Shown here piece by piece: positions 28,939-39,257 of a stretch of DNA of 64,000 nt. Source of the stretch: an uncultured Gammaproteobacteria bacterium (GTDB lineage Bacteria > Patescibacteriota > Microgenomatia > UBA10105 > UBA927); assembly GCA_964573695.1 (NCBI GenBank), contig CAZNKB010000004.1, positions 78,214-142,213 of the forward strand, given 5' to 3'. Position 1 is the first letter of the stretch; each line of letters begins with the position of its first letter. A program made the translations under genes and the position numbers. The notes beneath the pieces were generated by a model. The model searched no databases. It saw nothing but the letters and a program-made list of their open reading frames with translations, and was not told where the DNA came from.

Positions 28939-29982
28939 ATGTACCAGCCTCAATTTACTATCACCAATAAGATTCTCAAGACCATAGGTATTATAGAAGC
29001 TGCCAAGGAGGTTATTGAGAATAGTCCGCTTGTGCCTGCATGGGAGGCAAAGTTTCGAGAGGACGCGTTGGTGCGCACCGTGCATCATGGAACGCATATT
29101 GAGGGTAACGATTTATCCAAGACAGAAGCAGAAAAAGTTTTGGCAGGTCATACGATTGTCGGCAGAGAACGCGATATTCAGGAAGTATTAAATTATCGTA
29201 ACGTGCTTAAATTTATCGGTGATTTTAAGGGTAAGCAAATTTCTGAAGAAGTGATTAAGCACCTGCACGCCCTGATCGCGCACCGTATGTTGCCGGATGA
29301 GCAGGTGGGGGAGTATCGGAAGACCCAAGTCGTCGTGAAGAATGCACAGACGGGCGAAGTGACGTTCCGTCCTCCGCCGGCGGTGGAAGTGTCATTTCTT
29401 GTAGCGGATTTTGTTGATTGGGTCAACAGTGTGGGAAGTGACGATATACACCCTGCGTTGAAGGCGGGCATGGTCCATTACGAACTCGTCAGAATTCACC
29501 CTTTTTTGGACGGGAACGGAAGAGTGGCCCGCGCAGTGGCCACGCTTATTCTTTTTAGCGAGGGGTACGACATAAAACGATTTTTTTCCCTTGAGGAATA
29601 TTATGATCGTGAACCTATACACTATTATGACGCGCTGCAAAGTGTGGGAAGACAAGAAGGGAACCTTAACGCGTGGCTGGAGTATTTTACGGAAGGACTA
29701 GCTATTGAGTTAACCCGGATCAAAGATAAAGTAAAAGCTTTATCTACCGATCTCAAGATTAAAAAGTCTTTGGGTGGTCAACAATTGGCTCTTACGGAGC
29801 GTCAGATTAAAATCATGGAGTTTATTCAGGAGCAGGGATTTCTTCAGAATAAGGCTTTTTTTGAGTTATTCCCCCAGGTGTCCGAAGATACAGTACTACG
29901 AGAATTGAAGGACTTGTTAAAAAAAGGTATAGTCAAAAAAGAAGGATCTACAAAGGGAGCGAAATACGTCCTACGGACGTAA
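28939..29982 (+). CDS. Fic-domain protein with C-terminal winged HTH
   Basis: THIEGN, canonical HPFLDGNGRVAR motif, C-terminal SEDTVLRELKDL. Confidence 0.92.
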   Translation: MYQPQFTITNKILKTIGIIEAAKEVIENSPLVPAWEAKFREDALVRTVHHGTHIEGNDLSKTEAEKVLAGHTIVGRERDIQEVLNYRNVLKFIGDFKGKQISEEVIKHLHALIAHRMLPDEQVGEYRKTQVVVKNAQTGEVTFRPPPAVEVSFLVADFVDWVNSVGSDDIHPALKAGMVHYELVRIHPFLDGNGRVARAVATLILFSEGYDIKRFFSLEEYYDREPIHYYDALQSVGRQEGNLNAWLEYFTEGLAIELTRIKDKVKALSTDLKIKKSLGGQQLALTERQIKIMEFIQEQGFLQNKAFFELFPQVSEDTVLRELKDLLKKGIVKKEGSTKGAKYVLRT

Positions 29983-29985
29983 ATC

Positions 29986-30183
29986 GTGCTAGACGGTATG
30001 GACTTAACAAGCCCCGCAATCACCTATTCACTGCTTATTATTCCGACTTTTTTTGCATTAACCGTCGTCGGACAAGGGGTTGGTAAGATCATCAAGGAGG
30101 AAAAAGATGGGCCGATTGCCGTAGGGCTGGGAATGTTTCTGCTTGTCCTTATTGGGTTAGCCTATTGGTTTTTTATCCGTTAA
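29986..30183 (+). CDS. Small two-TM membrane protein
   Basis: 65 aa hydrophobic ORF in the operon. Confidence 0.6.
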   Translation: MLDGMDLTSPAITYSLLIIPTFFALTVVGQGVGKIIKEEKDGPIAVGLGMFLLVLIGLAYWFFIR

Positions 30184-30192
30184 AATATCTCC

Positions 30193-31920
30193 ATGCTATT
30201 TTCGACGCTTGCTTCATACCTCAAGAAACTTGAGGAGACACGTTCTCGAAACACCATCACCGAAATTTTGGCGGATGTATTACGGCGTGCAAATGATCAG
30301 GAGATCGGAAAAATGTGTTATCTCCTGCAGGGAAGAGTGGCGCCACTTTATGAAGATACGGAGTTTGGGATGGCCGATAAGTTTATGATTAGGGCGATTG
30401 CATCCGCGTATCGCACTTCACAAGAAGACGTCCTGAAAAAATTTAAGGAGCTTGGAGATTTAGGTAAAGTCGCAACAGCGCTCCACAATGGGAAAACACA
30501 AAAACTGGAAGTATGTGAAGCATATGACCAGTTCCGTGTGATTGCCGAGTCCGGTGGACCCGGGTCCCAAGAGAAAAAGATCCAACTGCTCGCGTCGTTG
30601 CTCGCGCGCGTCGATGCTACCGCTGCGTGCTATGTCGTGCGCATACCACTAGACAAGTTGCGCCTTGGATTTTCAGAAACAACTATATTAGATAGTCTTT
30701 CGTGGATGCTGGTTGGTGACAAAACGCTGCGTCCGACGCTTGAAGATGCCTATAATGTCCGGCCTGATATAGGGTATATATCGGAGACCGTGAAAAAAGA
30801 GGGTATATCTGGTTTGTCTCATGTGAAGGCGCACGTCGGATCACCAGTGTTGGCCGAGCTTTGTCAGCGACTGCCAGACGCTCAGGAAATGATAAAAAAA
30901 ATGGGTACGGTTGCGGTAGAGCCAAAGTACGACGGGGTGAGAGTACAAATTCATATGATGCGCCATAAAAACGGTACGGTTTCGGTGACTACCTACTCGA
31001 GGAATTTAGAGCGTACTACCGATATGTTTCCTGAGCTTACCGAAATCAGGAAAGAGATAGATGCCAACGATGTCATCTTGGATTGCGAAGCTGTCGGATT
31101 GGATCCGAAGACCGGTAAAACCATATCGTTTCAGGAGACATCGACGAGAAAGAGAAAGCACGGTATTGATGAGGCACAGAAAAACGTTCCCCTTAAGTTT
31201 TTTGTTTTTGACATCCTGTATAAAGACGGCCGGGATTTGTTGGGGACTGTCCTTTCAGAACGCCGGGAAATGCTTCTGCGCGTCGTAAAACCCGGACGAT
31301 TGCTTGCTATATCGCCACAGATTGTGACCGATGACGCATCGGTGCTGCGTACATATCACGATGATCAGCTTCGGCTTGGACTTGAAGGAGTCGTGGTGAA
31401 AAAGTGGAACAGCTTCTACGAGCCAGGGAGGAGAGGATATAGCTGGGTGAAATTTAAAGAAGAAGAGGGAAAGGACGGTAAGCTGACCGATACGATAGAC
31501 GCCGTGGTCATGGGATATTATTTAGGAGAGGGGAAACGTACCGGGTTCGGCATAGGGGCACTTCTTGTCGGGGTGCGTTCGGGAGACTGTTTTGAGACAG
31601 TGACAAAGATTGGGACAGGGGTAAGCGATGATCTGTGGAAGAATTTACGAAAACAGCTCCATGTGCTTGAAAGTCGTCGGGTGCCTATTGAATATCCGCA
31701 CGTCCACAAAACACTCGTGCCCGACGTATGGGTGCGCCCTCACATCGTCATCGAAATAGCAGGAGATGATCTTACCAAGTCGCCGACCCACGGGGCTGGT
31801 TTTGCGGTGCGGTTTCCACGACTTGTTCATATACGAAGCGACAAGCACCCTACTGCCGCGACAACCGTGTCAGAGCTTACCCAAATGTTTGAAAATCAGA
31901 AGCGCCACGCGAAAACGTAG
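30193..31920 (+). CDS. lig: ATP-dependent DNA ligase
   Basis: EPKYDGVRVQIH, ILDCE, FDILY, EGVVVK, WVKFK, VRFPR; N-terminal DNA-binding domain. Confidence 0.95.
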   Translation: MLFSTLASYLKKLEETRSRNTITEILADVLRRANDQEIGKMCYLLQGRVAPLYEDTEFGMADKFMIRAIASAYRTSQEDVLKKFKELGDLGKVATALHNGKTQKLEVCEAYDQFRVIAESGGPGSQEKKIQLLASLLARVDATAACYVVRIPLDKLRLGFSETTILDSLSWMLVGDKTLRPTLEDAYNVRPDIGYISETVKKEGISGLSHVKAHVGSPVLAELCQRLPDAQEMIKKMGTVAVEPKYDGVRVQIHMMRHKNGTVSVTTYSRNLERTTDMFPELTEIRKEIDANDVILDCEAVGLDPKTGKTISFQETSTRKRKHGIDEAQKNVPLKFFVFDILYKDGRDLLGTVLSERREMLLRVVKPGRLLAISPQIVTDDASVLRTYHDDQLRLGLEGVVVKKWNSFYEPGRRGYSWVKFKEEEGKDGKLTDTIDAVVMGYYLGEGKRTGFGIGALLVGVRSGDCFETVTKIGTGVSDDLWKNLRKQLHVLESRRVPIEYPHVHKTLVPDVWVRPHIVIEIAGDDLTKSPTHGAGFAVRFPRLVHIRSDKHPTAATTVSELTQMFENQKRHAKT

Positions 31921-31993
31921 TCGTGCCTTATCTAGCCCGAGTATTTGCTCCGAATCCCTATTCTTCGTATAATATGAACGATATTATTCCATT

Positions 31994-32818
31994 ATGAAGA
32001 GGCCGCTGTTTTCTATAGTCATTCCGACACTCAACGAAGAAAATTATTTGCCGAAATTACTCGAATCTCTCGCCACGCAAACCACGCGTGATTTTGAAGT
32101 GATCGTGGTGGACGGCTCATCCAAAGACAGAACTGTCGTTGCCGCGCGTCGGTTTGCGAAGCGGTTACCCTTGCTGTCGGTACAAATAAGTAAACAGGCT
32201 AACCTCTCCCGGCAACGCAATATGGGAGCAGAATCGGCAAAAGGGGAATGGGTAGTTTTCCTCGATAGTGATAACGTTATGCTGCCGTATGCACTTGAGC
32301 GGTGCCGTAATTACGTAAGGGAGCATGCGCACGTCAAGTTTTTTACCACATGGTTTATGCCGGATAGTGAGATTTCGGGTGATGCAGTCCTTATTCTCAT
32401 TTCAAACTTATTTATCGAGTCAGGAAAGATTGTGAAGCGGCAAATCGCCCCCGGACCGTTTGCAGCGGTCCGTCGAACTGTATTCATTGCGTCAGGAGGA
32501 TATGACGAACATCGGGGATACGGCGAAGATCAGGAATTTTCGATGCGATTATACGAACAGGGCGTTGAGTTGGAGTTTTTACGGGAGACCCTTTATGTCT
32601 ACTCTCTTCGTCGGTTTCGAAAACAGGGGACACTCAAAATGATGCAATTTTACGCAAAAAATTCCCTCATCGCCTTGATCACCAAGCGTGCACCTAATAA
32701 TATTCCCGGCTATATTATGGGTGGGCATCTGTACGGAAAAAAACAAACCCTCAAGCGGTCGGTACTGAACGAATATGAGCGGAAGCTCAAAACGCTCATG
32801 AAAGAATTATTCTCATAA
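31994..32818 (+). CDS. Glycosyltransferase family 2
   Basis: SIVIPTLNEE, VVDGSSKD, FLDSD, GED. Confidence 0.9.
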   Translation: MKRPLFSIVIPTLNEENYLPKLLESLATQTTRDFEVIVVDGSSKDRTVVAARRFAKRLPLLSVQISKQANLSRQRNMGAESAKGEWVVFLDSDNVMLPYALERCRNYVREHAHVKFFTTWFMPDSEISGDAVLILISNLFIESGKIVKRQIAPGPFAAVRRTVFIASGGYDEHRGYGEDQEFSMRLYEQGVELEFLRETLYVYSLRRFRKQGTLKMMQFYAKNSLIALITKRAPNNIPGYIMGGHLYGKKQTLKRSVLNEYERKLKTLMKELFS

Positions 32819-32846
32819 ATTTGAGATGCTATACTAGCATCACGTC

Positions 32847-34010
32847 ATGAATATTCTCCTCGTCTCCGATGTATATCTTCCGACGGTAAGCGGCGTTGCT
32901 TCTTCCACTGACTCGATTGCCAGATTTATGGCATCCGAGGGTCACAGTGTCACCCTTGTATGTCCTAAGCCGCTTCATGCATATGCCCCTTCTAAGGTGC
33001 CCGGTCTGGAAGTTGTTTATACGCCGGGAGCAAGTGATGCGTTATTTGTGAATAAATCCATGACGGTATTTCCCCTCGGGTTTCCCGTGTTGTGGCGTGT
33101 GTTTAGACAGTGCAGGTTTGATGTGATACATATTCAGGAACCCGGCTCACTAGGTATCACGGCCCTTTTTATCGGTAAGTTTTTTCATGTGCCCATAGTC
33201 GGCGCCCAGCATTTTTCCTGGCCGCAAATTGAGCGAGTGGCGCCTCCGCTGATCCGTTGGATTAGCGTTCCGTTTATGAAGCTCTACGTTCGTGTAATTT
33301 ATGCTACCTATGACGCGATTATGGTTCCGACTGAGACTGCGGCACGCGATCTTATCAAGCTTATCGGACGCGCGCCGTTAATCCACGCGGTTTCAAATGG
33401 CGTTGATACGACCGTATACACCCCGCGGGTTGGGCCGGTAACGGCTCTTCGTAATAAATATCATCTGCCTGCGGATAAGCAGGTGTATCTTTATATCGGA
33501 CGCCTGGATGCTGACAAAAATATTGAAACCATGCTTCGCGCCTTGTCGCGTGTCACCAGGCCAGTTCATATGATTATAGCTGGCGTAGGTAGGCAAAAGG
33601 AGCAACTTCAGAGCCTTGCAACCTCGCTTAAACTAACGAATATTACCTGGATAGGAGAAGTACAAAAGCAGATGATTATTGACCTTTACCAATTATCAGA
33701 TGCTTTCGTTATTATGTCTCCGGTTGAAACGCAGAGCATTGTCGCGCTTCAAGCGATTTCCTGCGGCTTGCCGCTTATTGCCGCGCGGGCGGGCGCGCTG
33801 CCGGAATTGGTAGACGGAAGTAACGGAGTGTTGGTTGATACGTTTGATGTTCTATCACTTGCCGCGGTATTGGATCGATTGTCACAAGACGGTATACTTC
33901 GTAAATCCATGGGGGGCCGTAGCAGAGAAATAAGTCTTCGACATCATAAGCCGACTGTGCTAAAACAACTGGAAACGCTTTACGTACAGGTGGCAAAAAA
34001 ACGCATATGA
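32847..34010 (+). CDS. Glycosyltransferase family 4 (glycolipid synthase-like)
   Basis: SDVYLPTVSGV, SNGVD, GRLDADKN, ETQSIVALQAISCGLP. Confidence 0.9.
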   Translation: MNILLVSDVYLPTVSGVASSTDSIARFMASEGHSVTLVCPKPLHAYAPSKVPGLEVVYTPGASDALFVNKSMTVFPLGFPVLWRVFRQCRFDVIHIQEPGSLGITALFIGKFFHVPIVGAQHFSWPQIERVAPPLIRWISVPFMKLYVRVIYATYDAIMVPTETAARDLIKLIGRAPLIHAVSNGVDTTVYTPRVGPVTALRNKYHLPADKQVYLYIGRLDADKNIETMLRALSRVTRPVHMIIAGVGRQKEQLQSLATSLKLTNITWIGEVQKQMIIDLYQLSDAFVIMSPVETQSIVALQAISCGLPLIAARAGALPELVDGSNGVLVDTFDVLSLAAVLDRLSQDGILRKSMGGRSREISLRHHKPTVLKQLETLYVQVAKKRI

Positions 34011-35437
34011 CAGACATCATTGCAGATTTACAGATTCACTCAAGATTTTCCAGAGCTGTTTCGCCGCAGATGACCATACCAAATATTGCTATGTGGGCGA
34101 GGCGCAAGGGAATCGGATTGGTCGCGACCGGGGATTGGACGCATCCTATGTGGTTTCGAGAAATTGAGCGTGATTTGGAAGAGACGGGAAACGGGTTATT
34201 ACGGCTTAAACCGCAGGTTCAAAGCCCGTCGTCAACGGTAAGCGGTGAGCGTTTTGCTGCAAACGGTGGTTTTACAACTAACGACCCGTTATTTCTTCTT
34301 GCTACAGAGGTTTCCTGCATATACTCCCAAAACGGTAAGGGGAGAAGGGTACACACGCTCATCTGGGTGCCGTCTATTGAATCGGCGAGGAAAATTAGCC
34401 AGGAGATGACAAAACGAGGATGCAATTTATTAAGTGACGGGCGGCCGATTATCGGACTCACGTCAATAGATGTGGCAGAGTTAGTCCTCACGATAGAACC
34501 GAAGGCGCTTGTCATCCCGGCCCACGCGTGGACGCCTTGGTTTTCTGTATTTGGCTCGATGAGCGGGTTTACCAGTCTGGATGAAGCATTTGGGTCATAC
34601 GCCAAACATATTTATGCGGTTGAGACTGGTTTGTCGAGTAACCCTTCTATGAACTGGCAAATCGCTGAGTTGGATTCCCGGGCGATCGTGTCGTTTTCAG
34701 ATGCGCATTCGGGTCCGAAACTCGGGAGAGAGGCGACAGTATTTAAGCTTAAGGATGATAGAGACACGATAAGCTATCAGCATATTTATGAAGCGATTTC
34801 TGCGCGGAGTCTCAATAGTGATGAAAAAAAGTTACGGGCGACAATCGCCTACACGATAGAATTTTATCCGGAAGAAGGGAAATATCACTGGTCGGGACAT
34901 CGGGCATGTTCTATTCGTTGGGGGCCTGAGGAAACCCGAAAGAACGGCTCTACTTGTCCTGTATGCGGAAAACAATTAACCCAGGGGGTAGAACAGCGGG
35001 TGAGTGAGTTGTCCGGGCGATCCGAGACCGATGTACAGCTTTCAGTGTACGAGCACGCGATGAGTGAATCCTCAGCCGTGCAAATGACAAAAAGCAATGC
35101 ATTTTCGGATAGGCCGCCGTTTCTTATGATGGTGCCGCTTGTCGAAATTATCGCAGAGGCGATTGGATCTCCCGTGTCGAGTCCTAAAGTGCAAACGCCG
35201 TACTTTCGGTTGACCGACGAAGTAGGGAGTGAATTTTTCATATTACTTGAGGCGGATACGCGCGCCATAGCTGCTGTAGCCGGTGAGCGCGTTGCCCTTG
35301 GAGTAGACATGGTTCGAAAGGGGAAACTGACGATAGACCCGGGTTACGACGGCGTATTCGGTGTCGTAAAAATCTGGAATGCTGAAGGAAAAAGTATTGC
35401 TCAGGGTGACAAAGAACAACTCACCTTGTTGTCATGA
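34007..35437 (+). CDS. PHP-domain endonuclease Q family protein
   Basis: ADLQIHSRFSRA, TGDWTHP, PAHAWTPWFS, SDAHS, GKYH..GHRAC...CPVCG, PGYDGVFG. Confidence 0.85.
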   Translation: MTDIIADLQIHSRFSRAVSPQMTIPNIAMWARRKGIGLVATGDWTHPMWFREIERDLEETGNGLLRLKPQVQSPSSTVSGERFAANGGFTTNDPLFLLATEVSCIYSQNGKGRRVHTLIWVPSIESARKISQEMTKRGCNLLSDGRPIIGLTSIDVAELVLTIEPKALVIPAHAWTPWFSVFGSMSGFTSLDEAFGSYAKHIYAVETGLSSNPSMNWQIAELDSRAIVSFSDAHSGPKLGREATVFKLKDDRDTISYQHIYEAISARSLNSDEKKLRATIAYTIEFYPEEGKYHWSGHRACSIRWGPEETRKNGSTCPVCGKQLTQGVEQRVSELSGRSETDVQLSVYEHAMSESSAVQMTKSNAFSDRPPFLMMVPLVEIIAEAIGSPVSSPKVQTPYFRLTDEVGSEFFILLEADTRAIAAVAGERVALGVDMVRKGKLTIDPGYDGVFGVVKIWNAEGKSIAQGDKEQLTLLS

Positions 35438-35488
35438 CCCAAATAGCGATTGACGCATTGAAAAAAAACATGGTATGGTGGAAATAGA

Positions 35489-35527
35489 CCCGCCTGCCAG
35501 CGCCTGAGCGCAGGGATGGCGGGCAGG
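35489..35527. repeat. GC-rich REP-like hairpin
   Basis: CCCGCCTGCCA...TGGCGGGCAGG, intergenic. Confidence 0.55.
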
Positions 35528-35547
35528 AAGCGAGGAGGTGAGAAACA

Positions 35548-35877
35548 ATGGCAGATAAAGGAAATGAAAACATGATGGGGGCTGTAAGCTACCTGCTCGG
35601 ATTTGTCACCGGTATTATCATGCTGCTTTTGGAAAAGCAGAGTAAATTCGTGCGCTTTCATGCAATGCAATCAACGATCCTGTTTGGTGGAGTATTCGTT
35701 GCAAACATAGCGCTCGGATTCCTTCCGATAATCGGATGGCTTCTTGGGTTGTTGCTGAGCTTTACGTCGTTTATCCTCTGGATCGTGTGTATGTGGAAAG
35801 CGTTCCAAGGAGAAATGTACAAAGTTCCGTACGTCGGTGAGCTTGCAGAAAAGCAATTGGCAAAAATGGGCAAGTAA
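35548..35877 (+). CDS. DUF4870 family membrane protein
   Basis: GAVSYLLG, FVRFHAMQS, KAFQGEMYKVPYVG; GGAGGTG SD. Confidence 0.85.
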   Translation: MADKGNENMMGAVSYLLGFVTGIIMLLLEKQSKFVRFHAMQSTILFGGVFVANIALGFLPIIGWLLGLLLSFTSFILWIVCMWKAFQGEMYKVPYVGELAEKQLAKMGK

Positions 35878-35944
35878 CCGGTTATGTGTTGATCAACACA
35901 TGATTGGCACCTGATTGTATATGGACTAAGAGGGTGCTAATCAC

Positions 35945-36568
35945 GTGTTATTCAAAGATAGAAAACACGCTGCAATTCTTCTTTCTGACGCGTTGGTAGC
36001 CTTTAGGGATGCGTCACCTTTTTTTCTTGGGCTAGCGCGTGGCGGAGTAGAGGTCGCCTCGGTGATCGCAAAACGCTTTCATGCGCCTTTTGACACGCTG
36101 GTCGTTAAAAAGATTTCCAGCCCCCATAATTCTGAGCTAGCAATCGGCGCCGTTACCCAGGACAATATATCGTTTATTAACTGGAAAGAGGCGCTACGCG
36201 CAGGTGCTGACCAACACTACGTAAATGAACAAGTGTCTCGGTTGACTCAAGACATACGGCGACAGTGCAAGATATATCGCAAAGGGAAAAGGTTGTTATC
36301 GGTTGAAGGACGTCTTGTTGTTTTGGTGGACGACGGAATAGCTACTGGGGCGACTATGGAAGCAGCTGTACGCTGGGTGAATATGAAAAGGGCAAAAAAG
36401 ATTATTGTGGCCACCCCGATAATTTCTGACTATGCGGCAAGCCGCATCTCTCCCGAGGTGGATGAGCTCATCGCTTATAAAAGGATCGCTTCCTTTGGGG
36501 CAGTGAGTCAGTGCTATGAAGTATTTGAACAGGTAACGGACAAAGAAGTGATAGAATTGCTACACTAG
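35945..36568 (+). CDS. Phosphoribosyltransferase family protein
   Basis: FKDR, GLARGG, ELAIGAV, VLVDDGIATGAT. Confidence 0.88.
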   Translation: MLFKDRKHAAILLSDALVAFRDASPFFLGLARGGVEVASVIAKRFHAPFDTLVVKKISSPHNSELAIGAVTQDNISFINWKEALRAGADQHYVNEQVSRLTQDIRRQCKIYRKGKRLLSVEGRLVVLVDDGIATGATMEAAVRWVNMKRAKKIIVATPIISDYAASRISPEVDELIAYKRIASFGAVSQCYEVFEQVTDKEVIELLH

Positions 36569-36576
36569 TGGTTGCT

Positions 36577-37167
36577 ATGAAAATAATCATTGGACTTGGA
36601 AATCCGGGGGATAAATACAGGGATACCCGTCACAACGTGGGATTTATGGTAGTGGAAAAGCTTGCCCATGAATTAGGAGGGGCAGATATCCGTTGGGAAC
36701 GTATCCAAAAGCATAAGGCCTGGATTGCAAAAACCGGCGAAGTTATACTCGTGAAACCGGAAACATATATGAATGCAAGCGGGGTGGCAGCCAAAAGTAT
36801 CGCCGATTTTTATAAAGTAAAACCGGAGGATATTTGGGTCGTGCAAGATGATTTAGATTTGCCCCTCGGGAAGATCAGAATCAGAGTTGGAGGAGCATCG
36901 GCCGGACATCACGGCATCGATTCGCTCATACGCGAGTTGGGTAGTGATAAATTTGTCCGCATCAGGTTAGGGATAGGCAGAGGAAAAAGCGGGAGCTCCG
37001 TCGTTGCCGATAGAAAGTTACACCAGTCTTCCGTGGTGCAATTTGTCTTGTCCCGATTTGGTAGAAGCGAAGCCGGAGATATGAAGCATTTGGTGCAGCA
37101 CGGGGTGGAGGCAGTGCGCGTTGCATTATTTAAAGGAATCGACAGGGCAATGAACCGCTTTAACTAA
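36577..37167 (+). CDS. pth: Peptidyl-tRNA hydrolase
   Basis: IGLGNPG..Y..TRHNVGF, KPETYMNASG, DDLDLPLG, GHHG, RIRLGIG. Confidence 0.95.
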   Translation: MKIIIGLGNPGDKYRDTRHNVGFMVVEKLAHELGGADIRWERIQKHKAWIAKTGEVILVKPETYMNASGVAAKSIADFYKVKPEDIWVVQDDLDLPLGKIRIRVGGASAGHHGIDSLIRELGSDKFVRIRLGIGRGKSGSSVVADRKLHQSSVVQFVLSRFGRSEAGDMKHLVQHGVEAVRVALFKGIDRAMNRFN

Positions 37168-37169
37168 CC

Positions 37170-37433
37170 ATGCAGAAAGTCAGTGCAATTCTTAAGAAAT
37201 TTAATCCATTGGAAGATAAATATATTTCCCGTGAATTCCAATCATACGGCATATACCTTGCTGAGACGTTGGGAGATTACGCTCATAAATCGCTCTATAT
37301 TCGCCTAGCAAAAACCGTACCCCGGGCGATTCTCGAGAAAGCCCTCACGTTTGTCAAAGACGCCAATGCCAACAGTAAGGCGAGATTATTTATGTGGAAA
37401 ATGAAAGAGCTACGATCAAACCCTACGCAATAA
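37170..37433 (+). CDS. Hypothetical protein
   Basis: 87 aa ORF coupled to pth. Confidence 0.65.
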   Translation: MQKVSAILKKFNPLEDKYISREFQSYGIYLAETLGDYAHKSLYIRLAKTVPRAILEKALTFVKDANANSKARLFMWKMKELRSNPTQ

Positions 37434-37460
37434 GAGGCGCTTAGATTACAATAGAAATAC

Positions 37461-37922
37461 ATGGATAGCGTGAAGGCGTTAATTGCCCAAAAACCACGAA
37501 TATTTGTCTATATTTCCCTGGTGTATCTGCTTGTCGTGATTCTGGCAAAATGGGTTATTCACCCTTCGCTCGACGCGCTTTGGTTTTTTGTCGGGGGAGT
37601 AATCGGCGTATATTTTTTGGATGCGGCAGAAATTTTTTTTGCCCTGAATCCTTCTCCATTTCGGTCGGTTGTGTTTGGAGGATTGTTTTCCGGAGTCGCG
37701 TTTTTTGTGGTGACAAGCTCTACGGGAACCATAGGAAGTGGCCTCGTGTTGTCTCTTTATCTCCAAATGCTTCTCTGGCAGATAGGGGAATGGAGAATTA
37801 ACCATAACCTCAATAGTTGGTATCGTATGGTAGCCGGGCCGGTTTCCCAGTCAACGCAGCAAATCATCCTTATCGTATCCGTGGCTGTTTTTGTTATGGA
37901 GTCGGCTATTTTTGTCCGCTAA
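37461..37922 (+). CDS. Hypothetical multi-pass membrane protein
   Basis: 4-5 hydrophobic segments; TACAAT 8 nt upstream. Confidence 0.65.
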   Translation: MDSVKALIAQKPRIFVYISLVYLLVVILAKWVIHPSLDALWFFVGGVIGVYFLDAAEIFFALNPSPFRSVVFGGLFSGVAFFVVTSSTGTIGSGLVLSLYLQMLLWQIGEWRINHNLNSWYRMVAGPVSQSTQQIILIVSVAVFVMESAIFVR

Positions 37923-37923
37923 T

Positions 37924-38445
37924 ATGATCAAAGTCGGTTCGCTTTTGTGGCAATACATGAGTCCTACGCAGCAGCAGCTTGCGTTGGACGGTCAGCTGCT
38001 TATTGAAGACAGGGAGCGGCATCCAAGCGAACATTTGAGTGACTATTCCTATCTGGTATTCCCGTTTGCCAAGCTCTACGAGGGATTTCTCAAAGAGTTG
38101 TTTCGGGATCTGGATATTATTTCCGAGCGGGAGTATATGAGTACTCATTTCCGGCTGGGAAAAGTGTTGAGTCCCAATCTCATCCGCAGGTTGGGAAGCC
38201 GAAGTGCGTACAATATCGTTTCAAAGCGGTATAGCTTGCAGTTGGCAGATACCTTGTGGAATACATGGAAGCAAGGGCGTAACCTTGTATTTCATTACTT
38301 CCCGCACAATTTCAGGAAATTAACGATAGAAGATGCCAAACGGATCATTGACATGATCCTTGTCTCTATGGCCCAAGCGGTGGAGGAGATGCGTCCGCGG
38401 AAGCGTCCGGCAAAAGTCGTGCTTGCAACGAAGAGAATCAGCTAG
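37924..38445 (+). CDS. RnlA/LsoA C-terminal-like HEPN domain protein
   Basis: DYSYLVFPFAKLYEGFLK and an RxxxxH motif (RNLVFH). Confidence 0.6.
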   Translation: MIKVGSLLWQYMSPTQQQLALDGQLLIEDRERHPSEHLSDYSYLVFPFAKLYEGFLKELFRDLDIISEREYMSTHFRLGKVLSPNLIRRLGSRSAYNIVSKRYSLQLADTLWNTWKQGRNLVFHYFPHNFRKLTIEDAKRIIDMILVSMAQAVEEMRPRKRPAKVVLATKRIS

Positions 38446-38460
38446 TATCGTACTAATAGA

Positions 38461-39132
38461 GTGAAAAAAATATCCGTCGTTCCTCCCGTGAGTGTTGTGG
38501 AATCCATGTCGCGTGTGTGGGGTTGGATTGTGCTCGTGTGGGCGCTTTATCGATATTTTTTCCAACTCCCCGAATGGGCCGACGAATTTATTTTTAAACC
38601 TTTGGTATTCGTCCTTCCCGTGCTTTGGTACGTCAGAAAACGCGAAAAGAAGTCGCTGCAAACAATCGGACTTACCACCAAAAATTTGTTTACCAGCATA
38701 TATATCGGGCTAGGATTTGGTTTTGTGTTTGCTATCGAAGGCTTGGCGGCAAATGCAATTAAATACGGCAAGATTGAGATTATGCCGATTGCCGCGTTTG
38801 AGCAATATGGCATGGGAATGTTGATTTTGCTTTCCGCAGCCACCGCGTTTTCTGAGGAGGTGTTGAGCAGGGGATTTGTTTTTTCGAGATTTATGGAGGG
38901 GAAAAAGGGGCTAATGTATTCGGCAACCATGTCCGCTCTCATGTTTGTCGTACTACATATTCCGATATTGGCGTTTTCACTCAAATTACAGGGGTCTGCA
39001 TTATTGCTGTTTTTTGTGACGGATTTTGTTCTGGCGTTTGCCAATGCGCTGCTTCTTTATAACACGGGATCTCTGGTGGCGCCGATCCTTATCCATATAT
39101 TTTGGAATATGACCGTGGCGTTGTATCTCTGA
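38461..39132 (+). CDS. CPBP (CAAX/Abi) family intramembrane metalloprotease
   Basis: EEVLSRG, FVVLH, HIFWN. Confidence 0.9.
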   Translation: MKKISVVPPVSVVESMSRVWGWIVLVWALYRYFFQLPEWADEFIFKPLVFVLPVLWYVRKREKKSLQTIGLTTKNLFTSIYIGLGFGFVFAIEGLAANAIKYGKIEIMPIAAFEQYGMGMLILLSAATAFSEEVLSRGFVFSRFMEGKKGLMYSATMSALMFVVLHIPILAFSLKLQGSALLLFFVTDFVLAFANALLLYNTGSLVAPILIHIFWNMTVALYL

Positions 39133-39257
39133 CTCGAGAGGACACCTTCGGTTTCCTCTCGACGTGCCGCGCCAGCCAAGCTGGCTGAATACCGGCACTG
39201 CACTTTTTCCGCACTAAAAATACGGGAAGAGGGTCGAGGTTTTGTCTCGAGAGGCGC

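Noticed and set aside
39133-39257. Hairpin-rich spacer between convergent genes as an ncRNA
   Set aside because: Single copy with no covariation evidence; compatible with terminator or decayed REP-like hairpins
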